Positions 17,126 through 26,932 of a DNA stretch of 38,373 bases are shown here, in pieces. The notes beneath the pieces were generated by a model. The model ran no database searches. It was not told the DNA's origin and saw nothing but the letters and a program-made list of their open reading frames with translations. The stretch's first letter is position 1. Each line of letters opens with the position of its first letter. The position numbers were made by a program, and so were the translations under genes. The DNA comes from a virus (taxonomy: Duplodnaviria > Caudoviricetes). Location of the stretch: positions 1 through 38,373 of the IMG/VR virus record IMGVR_UViG_3300025647_000098. One strand, given 5' to 3'.

Positions 17126-18844
17126 TTATTGCCTTATTGCGAATGATATTACTTTTTTTAGACTTTCATTGCTCTCGTTCATCATTTGAAGCATTTTCTT
17201 TTTGTTTTTGATATTGAGAGATTCATATAGTCTTAATACTTTGTCAGCTTCTTTACTATTTATTTCAAATAAATTTCCATCTAAATCCAATTGAACATTT
17301 TCAGTCATTGACTTTCTAAACAAACTTCTTTCCAAAGATTTGATAGCATCATCTGTTCCTCGATATGTGGGTTCAATTGTAGGTATTTTGATTGTTGAAC
17401 TTTTGGTTCCAGTAAGCTTCTTTTCGCCTTTGGCTTTCTCCGATGAACCGCCACCTCTAAGTCTTGCAAGTAATCCTAGACCTGCTGCTGCGGCTGCTAA
17501 CTTGGCTGCTCTACCCAATTTGCTTTTTGCATCAGTTCTGGTACCTGTGTTATTTTGAGGTTGCTTCTCTAAATCTTTCTTTTTATCAGTCTTCTTGTCC
17601 GGTTTTGGTTTCTTATCTGGTTTTGGTTTCTTATCTGGTTCTGGTTTCTTATCCGGTTCTTTTCTTACTGGAGTTCCAGGACGAGTGCGAGGATCTTCAA
17701 AAGGCTTATCTCTTCTATCAGGAGATTTTCTTTTAGGCACAACTCTCTTTGGCGGTCCAGATGGTTTTGGATCAGCTATTTCAGCTTGTTTTTTCTCAGC
17801 TTGCTTCTTCCAAAAATTCTGTGCTGAAATTTCGTTTCTCTTCTGTTTCACATCAACTTGAACATCTTGCTTGACTTTTTTCATAGTCTTTACAGGAGAA
17901 TGCGCTAAAGGATTTTTCAATGTTGTGTCTGACTTTGATCTTCTCAAAGCACCAGAAGATATTCTTCTGCCGCCATAAAGTTCACCGCTACCAGTTCTTC
18001 TTGAATTTATACCACCATAAGGAATTTGTGCTGGATTAAAACCGCCGCCCGGTCCAGAGTATACTCTAGCATCTTCAGGACCTCTCTCTCCTGATGTTAC
18101 TTTTTTATAAATTTCATTTATATTTACATTATTGGTTTCCTGAACTTGAAGAGACTGTCTATACTGTGATCTCATCTTAGATTGAATAGCAGGTGAATCA
18201 TTATCAGGATCAATTGCAGATTTTGGTGCAATACCAGCCACGGTAAACTTAGATGACATTGGTGTAGTGTATTTTGGTTCTGATTTACTACGAGACGATG
18301 TACCTGAATTTTCACTGTTAGCTGAGCCAAAAAAGTTGTTGGCTATGCCTTTGCCGATTTTTTTGATAATGTCTTTTACGCCTTCATCTAAACGAATCTC
18401 TTCATTCACATCAGCAACACCAATTTCATTGAATGGAATTGTTACATACTTGTCGAGTGCTTGAGCATAGTAAAGACCAACTTTTTGCCCATCAGGAAAA
18501 GCACGAATTGCTTTTCTTTTTAGAACTACTACAGCAGGAATGTTTGTTACATCTTTAGCTATACCAGCTTTTGATTCCTTCATCATTACATCTTGTTTGA
18601 TCTTTCTGTATACCATCTTGTCTGAAAGAACTTCGGACATTAGAGCGTCCAGCAAATTGATCATCATGCGCTTTTCTTGCGCTGTCATCTTATCTGCTGG
18701 TTTTTCCATAGCGCGTTTTAGTGCTGATAGCTTTTTAGCATCAAACAAACCTGCACGAACAAGCTGGGTAAGCTTATTCATGTCGTGTTCTTCTTTTTCA
18801 GTAATGAGATTATACTGTTCTCTTAGGTCTTTGATGCTTTTCAT
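17126..18844 (-). CDS. Large basic internal head / prohead core protein
   Basis: N-terminus MKSIKDLRE, several hydrophobic-x-E sites, K/P-rich repeat; located in the head cluster. Confidence 0.6.
   Translation of the reverse strand: MKSIKDLREQYNLITEKEEHDMNKLTQLVRAGLFDAKKLSALKRAMEKPADKMTAQEKRMMINLLDALMSEVLSDKMVYRKIKQDVMMKESKAGIAKDVTNIPAVVVLKRKAIRAFPDGQKVGLYYAQALDKYVTIPFNEIGVADVNEEIRLDEGVKDIIKKIGKGIANNFFGSANSENSGTSSRSKSEPKYTTPMSSKFTVAGIAPKSAIDPDNDSPAIQSKMRSQYRQSLQVQETNNVNINEIYKKVTSGERGPEDARVYSGPGGGFNPAQIPYGGINSRRTGSGELYGGRRISSGALRRSKSDTTLKNPLAHSPVKTMKKVKQDVQVDVKQKRNEISAQNFWKKQAEKKQAEIADPKPSGPPKRVVPKRKSPDRRDKPFEDPRTRPGTPVRKEPDKKPEPDKKPKPDKKPKPDKKTDKKKDLEKQPQNNTGTRTDAKSKLGRAAKLAAAAAGLGLLARLRGGGSSEKAKGEKKLTGTKSSTIKIPTIEPTYRGTDDAIKSLERSLFRKSMTENVQLDLDGNLFEINSKEADKVLRLYESLNIKNKKKMLQMMNESNESLKKVISFAIRQ
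17592..17660 (-). repeat. 18-bp tandem repeat encoding P(E/K)PDKK, about 4 copies
   Basis: ggttttggtttcttatct-type units; protein KEPDKKPEPDKKPKPDKKPKPDKK. Confidence 0.8.
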
Positions 18845-18850
18845 GATGTA

Positions 18851-19228
18851 TTACTTTCTCTTTCTAAGCATATCTTTAGGATTTTCGTAAGTGCCACTCT
18901 TCATAAAGAACGCTCTGGCTCCACGATCATAATCACCAGTATCTTTAACTCTTTTGCCTTGACGAACTTCAACTTCCGATCCTTTTTCATCAGAATTCTT
19001 AGATTTTACTTTCCACTTTGTTCCTTTACTTGACTTTTTAGAAGCTATTGTCTTCTCATCAAGTTCTTCAACTTCTTCCATTACCTGACCGAAGTAACTT
19101 TGTGCGATATCAATCTTGCGTTCTTCCAACTTTTCAACAGCCTTTGTAGCGAGAGCGTTTGAAAAATGTGTACGCATAGCATCTAGATTGCCTTCTAGAA
19201 TGTTTTCTAATGCTTTGTTTACTGACAT
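18851..19228 (-). CDS. gp67-like prohead core protein with C-terminal extension
   Basis: ALENILEGN...F.NAL..K..EKLEERKI.IA.SYF helix. Start at 19228 after AGGAG and TATAAATA. Confidence 0.65.
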   Translation of the reverse strand: MSVNKALENILEGNLDAMRTHFSNALATKAVEKLEERKIDIAQSYFGQVMEEVEELDEKTIASKKSSKGTKWKVKSKNSDEKGSEVEVRQGKRVKDTGDYDRGARAFFMKSGTYENPKDMLRKRK

Positions 19229-19251
19229 TTTATTCTCCTGAGTGTTTAGTA

Positions 19252-19259
19252 TATTTATA
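19252..19259 (-). promoter_or_regulatory. Late promoter TATAAATA overlapping the ART stop codon
   Basis: Exact consensus. Confidence 0.8.
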
Positions 19260-20184
19260 AATCTTCTATCAATACACAATGGAAAAGATTTATCGTTACC
19301 GAATCTGCTTCTGGATTTAGTATACCATAATCAATTTGATGTGGACCAGAAACAATTTTGACTTTTGAACCTCTCGGCAACATTGTTTCCAATTCGCCTC
19401 TATTAGAAGAAAGTGGATCAACATAGATAGATTTTTGACCCTTCGAAATCTCGATTTGAAGCACTACGGGTTTTTCATTGCCCCAGTCCGAATCGGTAAA
19501 TCCATTAATGGCTGTATTGAAATTTATAGAAGTAGACAAATAACCTCTGAAGATATATTCACTGCCAGGTTTTATTTTTTCAGCTTTATATCTTTCACTC
19601 AGACCTGTGTATACAGTATAATCAAATGGAGCTTGTGTTTCTTCAAAAGCTGAATCTAGTGCTTCTACCATACTTTCTATAAAAGAAGCGTATTCTGGCT
19701 CTGTATCTGGATCATGACCTTTGTAAAGAAATCTATTTATAGGATCAAAAGCATCACTAGTGTATTCTTCGATTGCTCGTATTTCTTCGTCATCATACAT
19801 TCCAGGCTTATAGAACTTGTATAGTTCTTTATTCAAAGCTATTGTTTCTTTGTATTTCTTGTTAAGAATCTTAATATCTTCTGCTTCTCTTTTTGACAAA
19901 ACTTTTGAATGAGTATCAACTTGAGTCATTAACTCTTTGGATTTATTTGGATTACTTGTGCTTCTAGCTTTGTCATATATACTTTGAATTTCTTCTATAT
20001 GTTTGTATGGCACAAGTCTATCGTTATCTACTGTATATGCTATTCTGCCTTTAGAGTCAGCATATCTGCCAAAACCCATATAAGTCAGCCCAAGTCTTCT
20101 TGCTTCTTTGGATGCGTTTGTTTTTGGTTCTGACTTGACCTCAGCAGCTAAAGATTCTGATATAAAGTCTTCAAATTTCATCAT
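19255..20184 (-). CDS. Alt/VIP2-like ADP-ribosyltransferase, probably virion-packaged
   Basis: AI.EYT...INRFL, VYTG, GYLSTS, VLQIEI.KG and E-x-E (ELETMLPRG); N-terminus MMKFEDFISE. Confidence 0.8.
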   Translation of the reverse strand: MMKFEDFISESLAAEVKSEPKTNASKEARRLGLTYMGFGRYADSKGRIAYTVDNDRLVPYKHIEEIQSIYDKARSTSNPNKSKELMTQVDTHSKVLSKREAEDIKILNKKYKETIALNKELYKFYKPGMYDDEEIRAIEEYTSDAFDPINRFLYKGHDPDTEPEYASFIESMVEALDSAFEETQAPFDYTVYTGLSERYKAEKIKPGSEYIFRGYLSTSINFNTAINGFTDSDWGNEKPVVLQIEISKGQKSIYVDPLSSNRGELETMLPRGSKVKIVSGPHQIDYGILNPEADSVTINLFHCVLIEDL

Positions 20185-21923
20185 CTTACTGGTTCCATAG
20201 TATCATTGACAAATCTTCTGCGATTTGTTGCTTGTCCCATCTCTAATGGATCTATCTGATCTTTACCTGTTCCATCTTGAACGGGTTGTTGTTCAGGAGG
20301 CACTCCCTGCTGCGCTGCATACTGCTGCATCATACTCTCTTGAGGAGTAGGTGGAACCATATTAGATGCAGGTGCTTGAGGCGGCAACGGATTACCCTGA
20401 TCATCTGTAGGCAATGGATTACCGTTTTCATCAACCGGAGTGTTTGCAGCTTGTTCTTCTTCTATCTGCGCTTGGATTTCTTCAATGTCTTCATCATCCA
20501 TCATTAGAACATTCTTGCGAACCCACTGCATAGAATAATAACGGCCAACATACGGATCTACAGCTTGAAGAGTTGCAATACGATTCATTAATAGTTCAGA
20601 CTCTTTCAACTCATCAAAGTTGTTGTCTTTCTTGAAATCGTAGTAAACATCTTCTTTGAACTCTTTCCACTCTTCTTCAGTACATATTTTCTTTAAAACA
20701 AGCTGAACACGAAGAACATCATCAAATAGAGTTGCAAACTTGTTACGAAGTCTGTCAATAAACTTTGCAAACTTAAGTTCTTCTCTGGTAATTTCCGTTG
20801 CACGACCAAGAATACCACCACCTGGTTGTTGCTCAAGACGACCAATAGGAACACCAAGTGCTTTGTATAGCTTGCGTTCAAAATACTTTACATCTTCCAA
20901 CTCGCCTAAATTCTGTGCGCCAGGAAGAGTTGTAATTTCTGTTCCCTTACCGCCTTCACGACGAGGAAGCCAGAAATCTTCAAGCATGGAAAGATGCTTG
21001 CGATCATCTTTGATTTCACCTGTGCTGCTATCGTAAACAAGCTTGTTACGATACTTAGTCATAATATCTTTTAGATACTGTTCTGCTTTGATGGTTGGCA
21101 TGTTACCAACGTCAATGTAAAATATACGGCGCTCAGGCGCGCGTGAGAGACGATAAATGACTGTCGCATCTTCAATCATTCTAAGATTGTTTAGTGGCTT
21201 GATAGCCTTGTGTAGATGAGAGAGAACCATCGCTCTCTTGGAATCCATTAGACCGGAATTGACATTGACGATTGCATCAACAGCAATCTTTGCACCTAAA
21301 TTGGAATGTGCGCCAATAATACCGCGCTCATTGTATAGGTAGTATTCGTTTATCTTCTTGATGATATCGATTGTCGTGCGAGGATCTTTTGTTTTCTGAA
21401 TTTCACGGATTTTGCGAATTCTGCGCGGGTCAATATATCTTAGTTCCAAAATGCCTTCACCCGCTCTCTTTTCGTCAATGATCACATGATAGAACATGCG
21501 ACCGTCAATATACCAACGACGGAATATTTCATGCCCCATATTACCAAAGTTCAGAAGCTTTAGAACAGTATCAAACTCATCTCTGATCTTCTTCTTGACA
21601 CCTTCTGGCTGCTTAAGGTCGTCCATGTTGATTTCCACAGCCTTATCTTTAGCTGTGTTTACAATTGCTTCATTAACGATTTCGTCAATAGCAGTTTCCA
21701 ACTCTGGCTGCATTGACATTTCACGATACCGAGTGATAAGTTCAATTTCGTTGCGAACAACACCGTCTAAATCAACATAGGTGCCATAATAAGCACCTGA
21801 TTGAATAGTTACAGCACCATCGTCATTCTGCGGTAATGCGAATGTTTTATTGACTTCATCTTGCGAAGCGTTGTCTTGCTTCGTCTTTTTTCTTGAGATT
21901 TCAAAACCAAAAAGTTGAACCAC
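20181..21923 (-). CDS. gp20: Portal vertex protein
   Basis: LFGF, RRWYIDGR, IYRLSRAPERRIFYIDVGN, EDFWLPRREGGKGTEITTLPG. GTG start with GGAGG RBS. Confidence 0.97.
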   Translation of the reverse strand: MVQLFGFEISRKKTKQDNASQDEVNKTFALPQNDDGAVTIQSGAYYGTYVDLDGVVRNEIELITRYREMSMQPELETAIDEIVNEAIVNTAKDKAVEINMDDLKQPEGVKKKIRDEFDTVLKLLNFGNMGHEIFRRWYIDGRMFYHVIIDEKRAGEGILELRYIDPRRIRKIREIQKTKDPRTTIDIIKKINEYYLYNERGIIGAHSNLGAKIAVDAIVNVNSGLMDSKRAMVLSHLHKAIKPLNNLRMIEDATVIYRLSRAPERRIFYIDVGNMPTIKAEQYLKDIMTKYRNKLVYDSSTGEIKDDRKHLSMLEDFWLPRREGGKGTEITTLPGAQNLGELEDVKYFERKLYKALGVPIGRLEQQPGGGILGRATEITREELKFAKFIDRLRNKFATLFDDVLRVQLVLKKICTEEEWKEFKEDVYYDFKKDNNFDELKESELLMNRIATLQAVDPYVGRYYSMQWVRKNVLMMDDEDIEEIQAQIEEEQAANTPVDENGNPLPTDDQGNPLPPQAPASNMVPPTPQESMMQQYAAQQGVPPEQQPVQDGTGKDQIDPLEMGQATNRRRFVNDTMEPVR

Positions 21924-21937
21924 CTATTATCCTCCGG

Positions 21938-21968
21938 AAATAAAGAGTGGGAAGAGCATTCCCACTCT
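21938..21968 (-). terminator. Intrinsic terminator after gp19
   Basis: AGAGTGGGAA-N5-TTCCCACTCT followed by TTATTT on the minus strand. Confidence 0.7.
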
Positions 21969-21985
21969 CTAGTATATATTAGATA

Positions 21986-22585
21986 TTAGGTAGTGGTAGG
22001 TCCAGCACTGCTGATTGATCTACCTGTATCTTCCCACCACTGATATGCAAATGTTACAGCAAACTCTTCAATTGTATCGTTTGCGCCCCAATCCATTTCA
22101 ATAGGTGAAAGATCAATTGGAAACATACCGATGAACTTATATTCTTTAATGATGCGTCCTGTTGTATCTGCGGTAGTAAGACCACCAGCTTTTCCGTGTT
22201 GGCGAATAAATGCGTCTCGTTGATATGTTGATGGCGAAACACGATTTAAAGCACGAACATTTTCTCTGTGAGAATTAATGAAATTCATCCATCTTTCTAT
22301 AGCATTACGGACAGCAAAGTCTTCGTCATTGATGATAGTAACTGTCCATTCTGTGAATGTACGATTACCAGCAAACTTTAGTTCGCGTCCGAAGTAGTTA
22401 ACAGGAACAGCGTTGACTGTTGAGCCTGGTAACTGTGCTGCGCGACACATAAAGTTAAACTTAGATTGTGCTGTAGTTATTCCTGTTAAAGCACTTAGAT
22501 CATCAATAGAACACTCAAACAGATTAGGTCTTGCACCATCACCTGTCATCTGTGATCTAAATTCTGAAATGTCAAAAGCTGCCAT
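21986..22585 (-). CDS. gp19: Tail tube protein
   Basis: GARPNLF, AAQLPGS, GRELKFAGNRTF..WTVTIINDEDF, IEEF.VTF.YQWW. Confidence 0.96.
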   Translation of the reverse strand: MAAFDISEFRSQMTGDGARPNLFECSIDDLSALTGITTAQSKFNFMCRAAQLPGSTVNAVPVNYFGRELKFAGNRTFTEWTVTIINDEDFAVRNAIERWMNFINSHRENVRALNRVSPSTYQRDAFIRQHGKAGGLTTADTTGRIIKEYKFIGMFPIDLSPIEMDWGANDTIEEFAVTFAYQWWEDTGRSISSAGPTTT

Positions 22586-22605
22586 TTTTTTACTCCTTTT
22601 TTATC

Positions 22606-22613
22606 TATTTATG
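22606..22613 (-). promoter_or_regulatory. Late promoter variant CATAAATA (gp19)
   Basis: Between the gp18 stop and the gp19 RBS. Confidence 0.7.
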
Positions 22614-22621
22614 TCTTAAAA

Positions 22622-24343
22622 TTAAAATCTACCAACAATTTCTTCGAAGGCTACACCAGTTCTAACAGCAATAAAGTTTAGCTGGATAAAGTTGATGCTT
22701 CTTGCTGGTTTGATATAAATGTCACCGACAAATTCGTTTCTGTCGATAATTTCAGGAGTATTGTTAGTTTCATCGCAAACGACACGATAATCAAAGATAC
22801 CACGACGACCCTGCACATCACGCAAGAACGGATCTACTAGAGCAACGAACTGTGAACGAGTAAACTCATCGTTGAATTCAAACAAGCTGAATTTTGCTGC
22901 TCTTGCGATTGCTTTTTCAAGAACAATGAACAGTCTGCGAACATTGATGCGATCAAATGCTGATGGACGAGCCAACAGAGTCTTATCACCATATAAAATG
23001 GTACCTTCACCGCGGAATGTTACAACTGGGTTAACACCGTTCTTGTATAGTTCGTCACGATCTGTTTTGTTTGGATTGTAAGAAAGTTTTACAACATTTC
23101 TGATTTGACCACGATTGAAACCAGCTGGTGAGAACCATGGATCACGCTCAAAGTCTGTTCTTACACATAGACCAGCAATGTCACCGTTCATTGGTACCCA
23201 ACGATATACATTGTTGTATTTGTCAAACTGATATTTCCAAGCAGAATCCATTACAGCATATGATGTTGATCTGTTCAATGTGTTTCTGCGATCAATGATG
23301 TCATCTGCTTCATCACCAGCATTGTTGACAACATCAGCAAATTCAGGTGAAACAAAAGCAACAGCATCTTTACGAGTTTCAGCAAGATCAATTACAGCTT
23401 GTGCTACTGTTGTATTAGCGGCACCAGTCATGAACAATGAAACATCTGTCTCATCAGCGTTTGAGAACAAATCATAACCTAAAATACGATCACCATCTGT
23501 AACTGCACCAGAAACACCGCCACTTAGTGAAGCTGTATATTCAGGTAAGCCCTGTGCAAATGTTGTATTAGCTGCTGAAAGACCCCAAGTTGTGGTATTT
23601 GCTGCACCATTACCATTTAGTGCCTTGTTAAGGATGTAAATGTATTGTGAACGATCATTGATTACATTTACATAGTAGTTAGATGAACCATCATCATTTT
23701 TAGCGTCTGAAGCTTTGGAAATGAAAGCGAACTTTTCTAGAATTGTATTTGCTCTTCCTGAAAATACACCATCTTCGTCAATAACGATAAGATGCATTTC
23801 ATCATTTTTACCATTTACATTTGTAGCATATACAGATGTTGCTGGCGGACCATCAAATTCGGAAGCATATGTCCATGTTGCTGCGTTCCATGAAGTTACT
23901 GTTGTATTGATTGTATTTGCATAAACAGAAACTTTTAGTGAGTTGCCTAGTTCACCTGCATACTTAGCTGCAAACATACCAATCAAACCATTAGCAGAAA
24001 GATCACTATATTCTGTTAAATATTGATCATTGTTCTTGATAAGAACATTTTGTGATCCTGATGTAGCATTATTTGCGATAGATGTGTTTGCTACGCGAAC
24101 TAGCTTTAGATTACGAGCATATGCTAAGAAGTTAGCTGCTGTGAAAAAGTCAATGAATGTGTTATTATCTGGCTTACCAAATGTAGCAGCCAACTCAATT
24201 TCATTACTTATTGTAACTATATCGTTGATTGGACCCCACTGAAATCGACCAATATACGCACCCTCTGTAGTACCTACAGCAGGAACAATAGTTGTTAAGT
24301 CAATTTCAGATACATTTACGCCTGGTGACAATTGAAATGCCAT
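22622..24343 (-). CDS. gp18: Contractile tail sheath protein
   Basis: LSPGV.VSEIDLT, PWFSPAGFNRG, FDRINVRRLF, IKPARSINFI.L.F. Confidence 0.97.
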   Translation of the reverse strand: MAFQLSPGVNVSEIDLTTIVPAVGTTEGAYIGRFQWGPINDIVTISNEIELAATFGKPDNNTFIDFFTAANFLAYARNLKLVRVANTSIANNATSGSQNVLIKNNDQYLTEYSDLSANGLIGMFAAKYAGELGNSLKVSVYANTINTTVTSWNAATWTYASEFDGPPATSVYATNVNGKNDEMHLIVIDEDGVFSGRANTILEKFAFISKASDAKNDDGSSNYYVNVINDRSQYIYILNKALNGNGAANTTTWGLSAANTTFAQGLPEYTASLSGGVSGAVTDGDRILGYDLFSNADETDVSLFMTGAANTTVAQAVIDLAETRKDAVAFVSPEFADVVNNAGDEADDIIDRRNTLNRSTSYAVMDSAWKYQFDKYNNVYRWVPMNGDIAGLCVRTDFERDPWFSPAGFNRGQIRNVVKLSYNPNKTDRDELYKNGVNPVVTFRGEGTILYGDKTLLARPSAFDRINVRRLFIVLEKAIARAAKFSLFEFNDEFTRSQFVALVDPFLRDVQGRRGIFDYRVVCDETNNTPEIIDRNEFVGDIYIKPARSINFIQLNFIAVRTGVAFEEIVGRF

Positions 24344-24401
24344 CGTGTTTCTCCTTTACAAGAAAGATTGTTTCATTCTCTACATTATTTAGAAAAACGA
24401 G

Positions 24402-24409
24402 TATTTATA
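24402..24409 (-). promoter_or_regulatory. Late promoter TATAAATA overlapping the gp17 stop (gp18)
   Basis: Exact consensus; a CTAAATA variant also lies at 24386-24392. Confidence 0.8.
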
Positions 24410-26057
24410 GCTTTGGAAACCAGTTCAGATCATCAAATGGATATAGTTTTTTACGGTCTTCTACCCATAAATCTCTGTCTGAACTATCATCAAAAGGATC
24501 ATCAATACCATTGTCAATTATACCCATGGGAACAACATCCTGATCCATCAGATTGAACTGCTCTTGCTGTAGGACTTTACGAATGTCATTGTTTATGTTT
24601 TCACGGAAATACTTCTGTGCTGATAGCCAACCAAAATGTACCAGTGTCATTACCAGATCATCATTATTACCTTCTTCGGCCTTGAACGTCTTCTTGTCTG
24701 CTGAGAACGTAGTCAACTCGGTAATCATCTGAGCGTCATTTATGATAAGCTTATCACTTTCAATCAGAGTTTTCAGATTGGTACAACCAATCATCTTAGA
24801 CTGGTTTGTAGTTTTTAGACCATATGCTATCTTCTTTTTGAACCCGGGTGTTTGCTGCTGTCCCTGCTTGCCTTTCATCTCAATCTTGATTAGATTTTCA
24901 TATGCAAGTTCATGATGAATAATGTCTGAAACTTGAAGTCCGATAGAGTTGATTTCCACCAATACAAAAGCTTCATTGTATAACTTTGCTGTTTGCACTA
25001 TGATAGTTGGAAACAGTAACGGCGAAATCTGGTTGTTTCTGTATTTTGCGACAAGACGATATGGTATTTCCGTAACATCTATAACAGAGAATGTGGAATA
25101 GTCTAGCCCCTGCCCCTCGGCCACGTCCACTGTCATTGTATATGTTCTGCCCGGTACAGGATCTTTGTAGATATCCAGTTTGCCTTCTTGACGAATAGGA
25201 TTGTGCCATACAAGCGAACGAAGCTTGACTGGATGAATGAGTGTGTTTGTAGAACCGATAAACTCACACTCAAACTCTTGGCGGAACTGATCTGGAGAAG
25301 TGTTTCTAATCGTCTCTTCTTTCCACTCTTCATCTCTACCAGGCACCATGCTCCAGTGGATCTCAATTGGTTTATATAGACTGCGCTGTTCTTGTGCTTC
25401 AGTCCACATACGATAAAACAAGTTTAGACCGTTAGGTGTAGAAACGATAATAACTTTAGTTGTCTTACCAGAAGAGATGGTAGGATATGTAGACATGAAG
25501 AATGCTTCTGCGATGTTGTTTGGAACGAACGCGAATTCGTCCAGAAAGATAACATTGAACGATCTACCACGAACAGATGAACCAGAAGTGGAATCAGCGA
25601 CCGCGCGAGAGCCATTGGCCAACTCAATAGAACCTTTGTTCCATTCCTTGACACCCTGCTGTAGGAATCTTGGTAGATACTCAAACGCAAGCTGAAGTCT
25701 GCCCATGATTTCTCTTGCTGTTGCGGATTTGTTAGCAAGAATGGCTACATTAACATTCTCATTGAACAGAATGAAGTGTAGCAAAAATGCAACACTGGTT
25801 GTAGTCTTACCAACCTGACGAGGAAGCTTACAAATAGAGAATCTGTTTTCATGGAATGTTGTGAGCATTTCCTTCTGAAAGTCCCACATCTCAAACGGCA
25901 TAAGACCGCGGTCAACGTTGATGATACGCATATATGTGCAAGCGAAGTACACAGGATCTTGCGAACACTTGATAAACTCGTCCAGTTCAGCCTGAGTGAA
26001 GGCGTGCATAAAGTCTTCGCGCGGGAGATTCGGATTATTGTTATAACCTTTACTCAC
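24405..26057 (-). CDS. gp17: Terminase large subunit
   Basis: PRQVGKTT, LDEFAF, IIVSTPNG, DVAEG, DDLVM. Confidence 0.97.
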   Translation of the reverse strand: MSKGYNNNPNLPREDFMHAFTQAELDEFIKCSQDPVYFACTYMRIINVDRGLMPFEMWDFQKEMLTTFHENRFSICKLPRQVGKTTTSVAFLLHFILFNENVNVAILANKSATAREIMGRLQLAFEYLPRFLQQGVKEWNKGSIELANGSRAVADSTSGSSVRGRSFNVIFLDEFAFVPNNIAEAFFMSTYPTISSGKTTKVIIVSTPNGLNLFYRMWTEAQEQRSLYKPIEIHWSMVPGRDEEWKEETIRNTSPDQFRQEFECEFIGSTNTLIHPVKLRSLVWHNPIRQEGKLDIYKDPVPGRTYTMTVDVAEGQGLDYSTFSVIDVTEIPYRLVAKYRNNQISPLLFPTIIVQTAKLYNEAFVLVEINSIGLQVSDIIHHELAYENLIKIEMKGKQGQQQTPGFKKKIAYGLKTTNQSKMIGCTNLKTLIESDKLIINDAQMITELTTFSADKKTFKAEEGNNDDLVMTLVHFGWLSAQKYFRENINNDIRKVLQQEQFNLMDQDVVPMGIIDNGIDDPFDDSSDRDLWVEDRKKLYPFDDLNWFPKL

Positions 26058-26502
26058 TTGACTTCTGCTTTTTAGAATGTTTCATAATTAAAATAGGTGC
26101 TTGTCTAGAAGGTATAGCTTTTTTGGCCCTATCTACATTGCCTTGCCAATAATTACGAACTTGGTCTCTAACAAAACCTTTTGTTGGAATATTGAGAGTT
26201 TTCTTTGTGGCTGCATGTGCAATTGCTTGTGCAACGCTATATCTATTTTTTTCATTACCAAATGTGCTGCCTGTAAAGTAGTCGCCCTTCTTTCGTGCTT
26301 CACCAGCAATTCTATCATGTTCAGCGGCTTCATCTGGCGTGAGAGGTTTTAGGTCATCTTGATTGATGATCTTTGCAGGAATACTTGATTTACCTTTCAT
26401 CTCCGCATTTTTACCACGATTTAGACCATCTATGATGCTGTGTGTCTTACTGTTGAGGGAGTTTCCTCTACCTTCTTTTATAAACTCTCTAAATGTTTTC
26501 AT
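26050..26502 (-). CDS. Putative internal head protein (capsid-targeting N-terminus)
   Basis: Starts MKTFREFIKE, resembling the T4 IP capsid-targeting sequence MKTYQEFIAE; basic protein. Confidence 0.6.
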   Translation of the reverse strand: MKTFREFIKEGRGNSLNSKTHSIIDGLNRGKNAEMKGKSSIPAKIINQDDLKPLTPDEAAEHDRIAGEARKKGDYFTGSTFGNEKNRYSVAQAIAHAATKKTLNIPTKGFVRDQVRNYWQGNVDRAKKAIPSRQAPILIMKHSKKQKSSE

Positions 26503-26503
26503 A

Positions 26504-26932
26504 TTAGTGCTTTTCTAGACTACTTGTATTCCAATTCACTTCAATAGCTTTGTGTTTCTGTTCACCGTTTTTCAAGTTTCTGGTATGAATGACTTGTGTA
26601 TTATCATCCTGATCCATAACAGAATACTCATGCTTTACTTTAGGATGGCTAATTATTGTGACTTGATTTTCACCATCACCAGCACTTGTTACATCTGGTC
26701 CAACACCGTGTACATTCTTGAAATGGTTTCTTGCTATACGAACAGCTCCAGCATGACTTGGACCTCCGCCACCACCACGATCACCTCCATCATCAGTAGG
26801 AGGAGGACCACCACCGCCTATCTTTTTTTTAGGTGGTGTCAACATATTACGGAAATCAAATCCGCCCTTGCCACCCATCTTTGTTGGCGCAAATTCATTC
26901 AACTGTTGTCTAAACTCTCTAAACGTCTTCAT
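26504..26932 (-). CDS. Putative internal head protein (capsid-targeting N-terminus)
   Basis: Starts MKTFREFRQQLNE; G/P-rich linker. Confidence 0.6.
   Translation of the reverse strand: MKTFREFRQQLNEFAPTKMGGKGGFDFRNMLTPPKKKIGGGGPPPTDDGGDRGGGGGPSHAGAVRIARNHFKNVHGVGPDVTSAGDGENQVTIISHPKVKHEYSVMDQDDNTQVIHTRNLKNGEQKHKAIEVNWNTSSLEKH

Noticed and set aside
24405-26057. Intein or intron in terminase and other core genes
   Set aside because: gp17, gp20, gp23, uvsW and gp46/47 are continuous and of ordinary length; no homing endonuclease motifs seen.
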